The notes beneath the pieces are model-generated. The model worked only from the letters and a program-made list of their open reading frames with translations, was not told the DNA's origin and did not search any database. A DNA stretch of 32,405 nucleotides, from positions 1 through 32,405 of the IMG/VR virus record IMGVR_UViG_3300025723_000123; one strand, 5' to 3'. Each line of letters starts with the position of its first letter. Position 1 is the stretch's first letter. The DNA is from a virus (Duplodnaviria > Caudoviricetes). Positions 1 through 6,308 of this stretch are shown here, one piece after another. A program made the translations under genes and the position numbers.

Positions 1-1
1 A

Positions 2-166
2 ATGGATGAAATAGAAATAGCCAAGTTGCAAGAGCGTTTGGCTAAAGCATTAGCCGATGTTGATTATTGGCATCTTATGTACGATAAGCTGATTAAGCAT
101 ATTGACCATCAAAATAGCTATGTGCGTCATTTAGAGCAACAAGTTTGGGGAGGGAAAACATTTTGA
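2..166 (+). CDS. Small hypothetical protein (54 aa, coiled-coil-like); may extend beyond the window edge
   Basis: Hand-translated MDEIEIAKLQERLAKALADVDYWHLMYDKLIKHIDHQNSYVRHLEQQVWGGKTF*; its stop TGA overlaps the next start (TTGA). Confidence 0.65.
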   Translation: MDEIEIAKLQERLAKALADVDYWHLMYDKLIKHIDHQNSYVRHLEQQVWGGKTF

Positions 167-540
167 GTCATTTTGAACCGAATAATCCCGGCGGAATTGG
201 CGACGTTAATAGCACTGCAAAAGGTTCAGGCGCTCGGTATAACACAGGCAAACCCGACATGAGCTTGATACCACTATGCACCCTTGAAGATGAAGCTCGC
301 GTATGGGCATACGGCAAACAAAAATACGCTGCATGGAATTGGGCTAAAGGTATGGATTGGTCAGTCCCCTTAGCTTGCGCCCTGCGTCATTTATCTAAGT
401 GGCAAGCCGGTGAGGAAAACGATGAAGAATCTGGTTTACCGCACCTTGCTCATGCCATGTGCAACTTGCGTATGCTTACACTTTACGCCAAAACTTATCC
501 AGAAGGCGATGATCGCCCACCTAAAGAGCTAATGCCATGA
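163..540 (+). CDS. dATP/dGTP diphosphohydrolase domain protein (DUF5664)
   Basis: Motifs 'GARYNTGKPDMSLIP', 'YGKQKYAAWNWAKG', 'ALRHL..W..GEENDEESGLPHLAHAMCN'. Likely start is TTG at 163, with GGAGG at 149-153 and overlap with the upstream stop, rather than 145. Confidence 0.85.
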   Translation: MSHFEPNNPGGIGDVNSTAKGSGARYNTGKPDMSLIPLCTLEDEARVWAYGKQKYAAWNWAKGMDWSVPLACALRHLSKWQAGEENDEESGLPHLAHAMCNLRMLTLYAKTYPEGDDRPPKELMP

Positions 541-695
541 GCTATATTGTGTTTGACGAAAACGATCAGCCTATGCGAATTGCTGCAAGGCGTGAAGAAG
601 CCATCGCTATTTGCTCATTGCGTAAAGGTTGGTGGTTTAAATATATGCGGGCAAAGAAAGCCGAAGAATATAAATTTGAGGATGCTTTGATATGA
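537..695 (+). CDS. Small hypothetical protein (52 aa)
   Basis: MSYIVFDENDQPMRIAARREEAIAICSLRKGWWFKYMRAKKAEEYKFEDALI*; ATGA overlaps at both ends (translational coupling). Confidence 0.7.
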   Translation: MSYIVFDENDQPMRIAARREEAIAICSLRKGWWFKYMRAKKAEEYKFEDALI

Positions 696-922
696 GTCAA
701 ACTAAATTAGGTTCATTTATCGAGGCATGGGTGAATGTACTGATAGGGTTTACCATTAATTACATCGCCAATTTGTTGATATTCCCGCTGTTTGGCTTTC
801 ACATTAGTCTGTTAGCTAACTTCTATATGGGTCTGCTATACACTGTCATCTCAGTAATTCGTAGCTATGCTGTTAGGCGTTGGTTCAATGCTCGTATCCA
901 TAAGCTATTAGCTAACATATGA
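692..922 (+). CDS. Small two-TM membrane protein (DUF7220-like)
   Basis: 'MSQTKLGSFIEAWVNVLIGF...SVIRSYAVRRWFN' is a pattern typical of a common phage family; coupled by ATGA overlaps. Confidence 0.75.
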   Translation: MSQTKLGSFIEAWVNVLIGFTINYIANLLIFPLFGFHISLLANFYMGLLYTVISVIRSYAVRRWFNARIHKLLANI

Positions 923-1065
923 CGCCTTGGCTAATTGTCGTTACAGGGCTAATTTACGCTTATATTTTTGTAGAAAACCTATTTAAAGGCGACTACGGTT
1001 TGGCTTTTATGTACGCGGGCTATGCTTTTGCCAATTATGGAGCGTACTTGCTAGCTACAAAATAA
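919..1065 (+). CDS. Small hydrophobic membrane protein (48 aa)
   Basis: MTPWLIVVTGLIYAYIFVENLFKGDYGLAFMYAGYAFANYGAYLLATK*; ATGA overlap with the upstream gene. Confidence 0.7.
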   Translation: MTPWLIVVTGLIYAYIFVENLFKGDYGLAFMYAGYAFANYGAYLLATK

Positions 1066-1076
1066 TGTTTTATAAT
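1048..1076 (+). promoter_or_regulatory. Sigma70-type promoter
   Basis: -35 TTGCTA (1048-1053), 17-bp spacer, perfect -10 TATAAT (1071-1076). Confidence 0.7.
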
Positions 1077-1091
1077 TATTGCATTGCAACA
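1077..1091. promoter_or_regulatory. Putative PhaR-like operator overlapping the transcription start
   Basis: TATTGCA-T-TGCAACA, an imperfect palindrome resembling the TGC-rich boxes upstream of phasin genes (recalled similarity). Confidence 0.5.
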
Positions 1092-1107
1092 TAAATAGGA
1101 GATTGCT

Positions 1108-1239
1108 ATGTTTGATTTTGAAAAACCATTTAAACAATATGAAGAGTTGGTAGAGCGCGTCAGACAAGTAAATGAGTTCTGGTTACAGTCAACTTTGTCT
1201 ACTATTAAAGAGTTCTTTAAAATAGTAAAAACTAAATAA
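1108..1239 (+). CDS. Small amphipathic helical protein (43 aa), phasin-like
   Basis: MFDFEKPFKQYEELVERVRQVNEFWLQSTLSTIKEFFKIVKTK*; strong SD AGGAG at 1097-1101 and its own promoter. Confidence 0.7.
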   Translation: MFDFEKPFKQYEELVERVRQVNEFWLQSTLSTIKEFFKIVKTK

Positions 1240-1672
1240 AGTTAGTTTTAATACCTAAAGGTTCCAATTTGGAACCTTTTTTCATACTTATAGGTATGAA
1301 AAAGATATACAAATATCGGACAACAATGTCCTATTTTTGCATGATTTTTTATTGAAATTTCATGCACTTACAAGCGTTTTTAAAATAGGTCAGCTACATA
1401 AGAAAAAGTTTCCCTAACGGGAAGAATTGATGAAAAAGTGTGCAAAAGTAGAAAAATATTCCCAAACGGGGTATTTTGTAAGAAAAAGTGTTAACACACT
1501 GTATGTTAACAATAATAAAAGTATGTTAAATGACTCATTAATAAGGCTTTAAGCTATTTAAGGACTCATTAATAAGTCAACAAATGTGTAGTTAGTTACA
1601 CATTTTATGTACAAAATGTCAACAAAAACGTACATATATCGACAATATGTCTACAAAGTTGCAAATTTTGTA
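1228..1672. repeat. Non-coding array of at least 13 distinct short inverted repeats, several in tandem pairs
   Basis: Examples: AAAGGTTCCAA-T-TTGGAACCTTT, TTTTTCATAC-N6-GTATGAAAAA, GGACA-ACAA-TGTCC, TTCCC-N4-GGGAA, GTTAACA-N7-TGTTAAC, GACTCATTAATAAG x2, AAATGTGTA-N6-TACACATTT. Confidence 0.85.
1257..1282 (+). terminator. Probable intrinsic terminator for the plus-strand genes (first strong hairpin of the array)
   Basis: AGGTTCC stem with AATTT loop followed by a T6 run, about 18 nt after the 1239 stop. Confidence 0.5.
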
Positions 1673-1673
1673 C

Positions 1674-2093
1674 TTATAGGTTGTAAGTTTTAATAGGTTC
1701 GTGGCTTTTTAAATCGACATTACAAGCCCACTTCACGGCTTCTTCGGGTGTTAGCCCCATCCGCATGCAAACTTCCGCAGCCATAGCCCCTGAGCCAATA
1801 GCCATAAAGGTTTTAGCTCTTTCCCATTCAAGATCTTCACCGCAGTAAAAAAGACCTTCTTTGGTCAATTTTATGAAAGAACTATCCGGTTTTAATTTTG
1901 GCTTAACTTTGCTTTTCTTGTTGATGTATTCAACAACTTTTTCGCAATCACTCCAATTGCCCGCAACTCCTAGCCATCCGCCATCGATTTGGACGACTTT
2001 TTCTTCAAAGTATTTGATACCAGTATCTTCATCTGAAAATTGACTGTCTGAAACCAACACTTTAGTAGCCCAATCACCAACGATAGTAGTCAT
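1674..2093 (-). CDS. Ntn-hydrolase fold protein (proteasome beta/HslV-like peptidase)
   Basis: N-terminal M-T-T-I (Thr nucleophile), 'SDSQ', 'GVAG', 'AIGSG..AA..CM..G.TPEEAVK.A...D'. Confidence 0.75.
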   Translation of the reverse strand: MTTIVGDWATKVLVSDSQFSDEDTGIKYFEEKVVQIDGGWLGVAGNWSDCEKVVEYINKKSKVKPKLKPDSSFIKLTKEGLFYCGEDLEWERAKTFMAIGSGAMAAEVCMRMGLTPEEAVKWACNVDLKSHEPIKTYNL

Positions 2094-2095
2094 GT

Positions 2096-3079
2096 TTACA
2101 CCCTGTGAATTTCTCCGCGGAACTCGTACTCGCCGTTTTGCTCATCGCTGACCATTATCAGCTCTGGCATTAACATTCTACCTTGGTCAAAAGACAGTAT
2201 CACAAATCCTGACCGCCAATCAAGGGGATTATCTTCCACATACTCGAAGGTGGGGGACATAGGATCCGCTAGGCACCCGGTCTGGACGCCAAAAAAGTTG
2301 CCTTGATAGTTACTGATTGGGCTAACACAGAGAACGTGCGTATGCCCCGTAATAATGTTTGTGTTGCCCGCCGCCATGAGATTGCTGTATCCAGCCGCGC
2401 GCCCACCCTTAAACCTATGTTTTATAACGGTATTTTCTCCAACCCAGAAGCTCCAGCAGGTTTCCCATTCAGGAAAGTGGAATTTAAGGCTAAAGCCATC
2501 TACGCCGCTATATTCTGGCACCTTGTTTACTAGCCAGCTTTCGTAGCGCATATCATGGTTGCCTAGCGTCCATATTAGCCGACAGCCCGCAGGTCTATGC
2601 TTAACGATCTCATCTAGGTGCTGACGGCAATACTCTAGTTCTTGCAGAACGGTAGGCTTGGCATCGTAATTAATTGACGGGAATCGGCTCAAAACCTGTC
2701 CATCGAAGGCGTCGCCGTTGCAGACGATGACTTCTGGCTTGAACTTCTTAATCATCTTTAAAAGGGCTTTAAACGCGGTTGTAGTGGTATCAGTAAAATG
2801 GGCGTCTGAAAACACAATAACGCGCTTAACCTTGTCAACGTCTATACCCCTTCGGACGTTATGGGCTGCTTGTTCTACTTTTTTGAGTGGGGGCTTCTTT
2901 TCATCCCGTTGAGAATTGCTGGTAGGAAGTTCTATCTTGTATCGAATTTCGATATTTCGTCGCCGGGTCATAGCACTTCTAGGGTTTATACCTAGTTCTT
3001 TTCCTACAAGGGTAGGGGAGCCTAGTTTTTTCCACAACGCAATAAAATCTTCATCGGAACACCCGGGCGTAAACGGCAT
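2096..3079 (-). CDS. Calcineurin-like metallophosphoesterase with N-terminal HTH-like region
   Basis: Motifs DAH, GDAFD, GNHD, GHTH; N-terminal 'SPTLVGKELGINPRSAMTRRR'. Confidence 0.85.
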   Translation of the reverse strand: MPFTPGCSDEDFIALWKKLGSPTLVGKELGINPRSAMTRRRNIEIRYKIELPTSNSQRDEKKPPLKKVEQAAHNVRRGIDVDKVKRVIVFSDAHFTDTTTTAFKALLKMIKKFKPEVIVCNGDAFDGQVLSRFPSINYDAKPTVLQELEYCRQHLDEIVKHRPAGCRLIWTLGNHDMRYESWLVNKVPEYSGVDGFSLKFHFPEWETCWSFWVGENTVIKHRFKGGRAAGYSNLMAAGNTNIITGHTHVLCVSPISNYQGNFFGVQTGCLADPMSPTFEYVEDNPLDWRSGFVILSFDQGRMLMPELIMVSDEQNGEYEFRGEIHRV

Positions 3080-3104
3080 AGCAATCCTTATGACAGTAGT
3101 GCGA

Positions 3105-3132
3105 ATAGTAATCGAACTACATGTAAATTCAA
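3105..3132 (-). promoter_or_regulatory. Possible sigma70 promoter for the phosphoesterase/Ntn pair
   Basis: Minus strand TTGAAT-16nt-TACTAT in the intergenic gap, followed by SD AAGGA. Confidence 0.35.
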
Positions 3133-3136
3133 TGAC

Positions 3137-3352
3137 TTATAAGTTTTTTCCAGCTATTTTTCTAATTTTTTGTTCCATTTCCCAATCTTCACGACATTCT
3201 GCGGAACAGAACCTGCCTTCTGGAATAATTTCATTACAACATAAACAATGACCGGTGTAGGGGTGCTTCTTTTCATTACGAATAGCTTTTATGGCTAAGT
3301 CACGATGTAACGCTTCCATGTCAGACGCCTCGTCAAAAAAATCTGCACTCAT
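3137..3352 (-). CDS. DksA/TraR-like C4 zinc-finger protein
   Basis: N-terminal 'DFFDEASD' (DxxDxA motif) and C-x2-C...'RFCSAEC'. Confidence 0.7.
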   Translation of the reverse strand: MSADFFDEASDMEALHRDLAIKAIRNEKKHPYTGHCLCCNEIIPEGRFCSAECREDWEMEQKIRKIAGKNL

Positions 3353-3795
3353 GCTATACCCGAAATAAATTCTTGCGCTTCCGCATGCCTACGGCGCAAC
3401 AAACCCGCCATGTGCTTTCCAGCAGCCATATCCCATTTTTCAAACTCATGAGCAGCGCCATCAAAATCACCCGCGTTAATCTTTTTTAACAGCGTGGAAT
3501 TATTAAAATTGCCCGCGCCGCAGTTAAACGTAAAATCTACAAGGGCGTCAAATTCAGGCTGCGTAATGTCTTTAGTTACTTTGGCGTTAACATCCGCTGC
3601 GGCTTTTTGAATATCTTTCAAGAGCAGCGCTTCGGCTTGTTCTTGAGTAATGGTCAATCCGGGGTGAACATCCGCGCCCGTATGCCCATAGCCGATAGTC
3701 CACGGATCACCGCCAGTAGCTGGATCAGGATAGGCTGTTAGCTTACAGCCCTCAAACTGCTCCGTAAGATGTAAGCCATCTTTAGAGTATTCCAC
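3349..3795 (-). CDS. Endolysin, phage lysozyme (GH24)
   Basis: 'FEGCKLTAYPDPATGGDPWTIGYGHT', 'FDALVDFTFNCG', 'GLLRRRHAE'. Confidence 0.95.
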   Translation of the reverse strand: MEYSKDGLHLTEQFEGCKLTAYPDPATGGDPWTIGYGHTGADVHPGLTITQEQAEALLLKDIQKAAADVNAKVTKDITQPEFDALVDFTFNCGAGNFNNSTLLKKINAGDFDGAAHEFEKWDMAAGKHMAGLLRRRHAEAQEFISGIA

Positions 3796-4205
3796 TATTG
3801 AACTCCAATTTGAGCGTTAATCCAAGCCTTTAATTCTTCGAGCTGGAGGGTTGTTTCTGTACATCGTTCAGCAAGTTGATTGTAGGCGGCTCTTTCATTA
3901 GTGATGCTGGAGGTTGTGGAAATGCCGGACACGGAGCTGCTACCATTTGGTTGGCGCACCCCGTTAGCATAATACTGACGCACAAGAGCCAGTTTCGCAT
4001 CATACTCATTTGAAATCCCCTTAGTTACTAATTCGTGCTGTTTTTGGATCGATTCGACTTCCGCTTTTTGTTTATCTGCCGCGATCTGTACTTCTCGCTT
4101 ATATGCCTCAAAACGATTATGCTCAACGTAACCGTAAAAGCACCCAGATAAAAGAATAACACCCACGATAATTTTGACATAAGTTATCGCCGATAACGGA
4201 AACAT
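3795..4205 (-). CDS. Rz: Rz-like inner-membrane spanin
   Basis: N-terminal TM followed by coiled coil; adjacent to the endolysin; contains an embedded lipoprotein gene. Confidence 0.8.
   Translation of the reverse strand: MFPLSAITYVKIIVGVILLSGCFYGYVEHNRFEAYKREVQIAADKQKAEVESIQKQHELVTKGISNEYDAKLALVRQYYANGVRQPNGSSSVSGISTTSSITNERAAYNQLAERCTETTLQLEELKAWINAQIGVQ
3830..4009 (-). CDS. Rz1: Rz1-like outer-membrane spanin lipoprotein, fully embedded in Rz in another frame (59 aa)
   Basis: MSMMRNWLLCVSIMLTGC|ANQMVAAPCPAFPQPPASLMKEPPTINLLNDVQKQPSSSKN*: lipobox LTGC, Pro-rich mature part, SD AAGGGG upstream. Confidence 0.85.
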   Translation of the reverse strand: MSMMRNWLLCVSIMLTGCANQMVAAPCPAFPQPPASLMKEPPTINLLNDVQKQPSSSKN

Positions 4206-4426
4206 TATTGCGGCTCCGTGTCTTTTTTCATCATAACGCTTGCGCCACCAGCTCCAGAAACAATGCCTAAAGCTTCAGCAAGTTCTCGAAGGCTAACTTG
4301 CCCATTAACAACTTCAAACGCTGCAACGCCAATGATGGCTAAAATGCCAAGTAGCCAGCTCACCCTACCAATATCGTAAGTCTGGTTATCTTTTCCAGTA
4401 AGAAGCTGTCTTAAAACATCTTTCAT
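4205..4426 (-). CDS. Putative holin (two hydrophobic segments)
   Basis: 73 aa with a TM segment and charged C-terminus 'MMKKDTEPQ'; directly upstream of spanin and endolysin. Confidence 0.6.
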   Translation of the reverse strand: MKDVLRQLLTGKDNQTYDIGRVSWLLGILAIIGVAAFEVVNGQVSLRELAEALGIVSGAGGASVMMKKDTEPQ

Positions 4427-4611
4427 TTTTTCTTAGTTGTTGTCTTTTTAGCTACTTTTGTAGCAGTTTTGGCAACAGTTTTTTTGGCTGTGGGCTTACG
4501 GGTAGTAGCTTTTTTTACCAATTCTTTTTTAATTGGCAATTCCACAGGGAAAGGAGGAAGGGTGGTTTCTACAGGCTTTTTACGGAGGAGAGCACAAATT
4601 TTTGCAAACAT
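4423..4611 (-). CDS. Lys/Thr/Ala-rich basic protein with histone H1-like tail
   Basis: 'KKATTRKPTAKKTVAKTATKVAKKTTTKKK'; coupled by overlaps on both sides. Confidence 0.65.
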   Translation of the reverse strand: MFAKICALLRKKPVETTLPPFPVELPIKKELVKKATTRKPTAKKTVAKTATKVAKKTTTKKK

Positions 4612-4874
4612 TATTTATCAGCCTTTGTATCAAGTTTCGCCATGATTAAGTCTAGCGTATGCTCCATTCTAGCTAATCTTTGATCTAAATCGGTTTTTTT
4701 AACGTATTCGTTGGGAAGCATGACTTCTAATTGCTTCATGTCCTTGGCAAGCTGGGCTTGAGCATCGCTGACTTCTTTTTGGCTACGAGATATACTATTT
4801 GTCCACCAGCCAATAAGACCGCTGATAAACATATACGCTAGGGTAATTGCCGCAATTATTGATTCCCAAGACAT
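4611..4874 (-). CDS. Single-TM coiled-coil protein (holin/antiholin-like)
   Basis: N-terminal TM, then 'LPNEYVKKTDL...LDLIMAKLDTKADK'; first gene of the lysis region. Confidence 0.6.
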   Translation of the reverse strand: MSWESIIAAITLAYMFISGLIGWWTNSISRSQKEVSDAQAQLAKDMKQLEVMLPNEYVKKTDLDQRLARMEHTLDLIMAKLDTKADK

Positions 4875-4905
4875 AGTTTACCCCTCTGTTTTAAACGCTT
4901 AAAAG

Positions 4906-5340
4906 TTACAGAAATTTTAACACTTCTTGAGGTTTTACAAAAGCCTCTGAATTATGAGGTGTAAAGTCCCACCAAAGAAATTGATTCGACGCCAAGTATT
5001 TACGGTCTTTTAGTAAATTAATGTTTTCAGGGTGTCCAAAAATGTTTGGATCTGACACTGACCAAAGCACTATCCCCGGCTTACCTTCGCCCCAAGCTAA
5101 ATGCTGAAAGAAACTATCGATGCCAATCCATGTATTGCACTCTTTAATGAGCTGACGCAGTTGCGGCATGGTTAGCCCTTTTCTAAAATCCTCGACAAGT
5201 TGCTTTTCACCTTCTAAACCAATCTGAACAACATGTTTAGTTTTTTGCAATTCGTATACAAGTTCTTCCCAATATGGATAGTTTTTAGGGTTTTCTCCGC
5301 CCTTGACTAAAGGCTTGGCAAAAGGATGTATCAAGATCAT
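4906..5340 (-). CDS. GT9 (heptosyltransferase-like) C-terminal Rossmann half
   Basis: 'ILIHP...KNYPYWEELV', 'VVQIG', 'WIGIDSFFQHLA', 'PGIVLWS'. Confidence 0.75.
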   Translation of the reverse strand: MILIHPFAKPLVKGGENPKNYPYWEELVYELQKTKHVVQIGLEGEKQLVEDFRKGLTMPQLRQLIKECNTWIGIDSFFQHLAWGEGKPGIVLWSVSDPNIFGHPENINLLKDRKYLASNQFLWWDFTPHNSEAFVKPQEVLKFL

Positions 5341-6308
5341 AGGTAGAGCTTTCTATAAGCATTTTCTAAACTATCAGTCCACTTCCATTGATCCATTTTG
5401 GCGTAGATATTCCAAGGCTCAATACTGCCAAAAAGATGTTGAGCTTCAGCTATTGGTCGCCCGGGAACCACTTCAGGGTAGCATGTAAAAATTTCAGGGC
5501 GAGGGATTGAAGGCAATACATGACTAAATACAATGTGGTCGCCAAGCCCGCCATTAAGTACCACAATGGTTTTATCACGATATTGGAGAATATTCCTAAA
5601 AATAAACTCGTCATGGTCATACATTTCTTTTTTGTTTTCAGCACGAATACCGCCTTGAGGGTTCTTTAAATGCCAAGAAGTTGCGTAAGGTACGGTTAGT
5701 AGCTTATAGCCTTTTTGGTGTAATCCATAAGTAAAAAGTGTTTCTTCTCTATGGGCTACTCGGGATAACCCTAGATTGTAGTCACAGACACCAGCGCGGT
5801 ATAAAAATGAGCAATGCAGGTGCTCAACTTGTTTTACGCCTTTTATAAAGTCCCATTGAATATTCGGTTCTGAATCGATGTTATCGATTAGACCCGTAGA
5901 CTTTGAAGCATTGATTGGCTGCCCTGTGATGATAGCTCCACCCACAGCCCCTAGCTGAGGGATCTGAGCAGCGTAGCTATACAGACTCTGTAATACTGTT
6001 GGCTCTGGGATGCAATCATCATCAACGCGCCAAACCCACTCATAACCCATCTTGTTAGTCATTTGATGAATATGATGTTGCCCTTTCTTTTCAGCAAATA
6101 GCCATTCCCATTTAAGACCTTTTATGTCCATAATCTGAAAAAAATGTTGATATATAGGGTTTACCCTCATATCTTCAGGTTCATCATTATCATCAAAAAT
6201 TACCAGCTTATCTGGCAATCTAGTTTGATTAATAATGGCTTCTAAAACCAAAGGGAGCGTTGTATGATAACGCCCCCTTGTAGCTACAGAACATAAAATT
6301 TTACTCAT
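5337..6308 (-). CDS. GT2-family glycosyltransferase fused to a GT9-like N-terminal half
   Basis: GT-A features 'VIFDD', 'WRVDDD', 'HREET'; C-terminal 'VVLNGGLGDHIVFSHVLP' (GT9 GLGD motif). Confidence 0.8.
   Translation of the reverse strand: MSKILCSVATRGRYHTTLPLVLEAIINQTRLPDKLVIFDDNDEPEDMRVNPIYQHFFQIMDIKGLKWEWLFAEKKGQHHIHQMTNKMGYEWVWRVDDDCIPEPTVLQSLYSYAAQIPQLGAVGGAIITGQPINASKSTGLIDNIDSEPNIQWDFIKGVKQVEHLHCSFLYRAGVCDYNLGLSRVAHREETLFTYGLHQKGYKLLTVPYATSWHLKNPQGGIRAENKKEMYDHDEFIFRNILQYRDKTIVVLNGGLGDHIVFSHVLPSIPRPEIFTCYPEVVPGRPIAEAQHLFGSIEPWNIYAKMDQWKWTDSLENAYRKLYL

Noticed and set aside
145-162. ORF-track start at 145 for the DUF5664 gene
   Set aside because: The SD position and TTGA overlap favour TTG at 163.
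1582-1605. CRP site (AAATGTG...CACATTT)
   Set aside because: Half-sites are TGTGT/ACACA with an overall length of 24 bp rather than TGTGA-N6-TCACA (22 bp); kept only as one unit of the array.
1228-1672. CRISPR array or tRNA cluster
   Set aside because: No constant repeat with unique spacers and no cloverleaf or T-loop consensus; the units are different palindromes.
1861-3251. Plus-strand ORFs 1861..2043, 2303..2533, 2355..2546, 2718..2912 and 2916..3251
   Set aside because: Antisense shadows of well-supported minus-strand genes, with no recognisable motifs.
4140-4151. LSGC lipobox-like motif in Rz suggesting a unimolecular spanin
   Set aside because: There is no C-terminal TM and a proper embedded Rz1 exists, so it is most likely part of the i-spanin TM segment.
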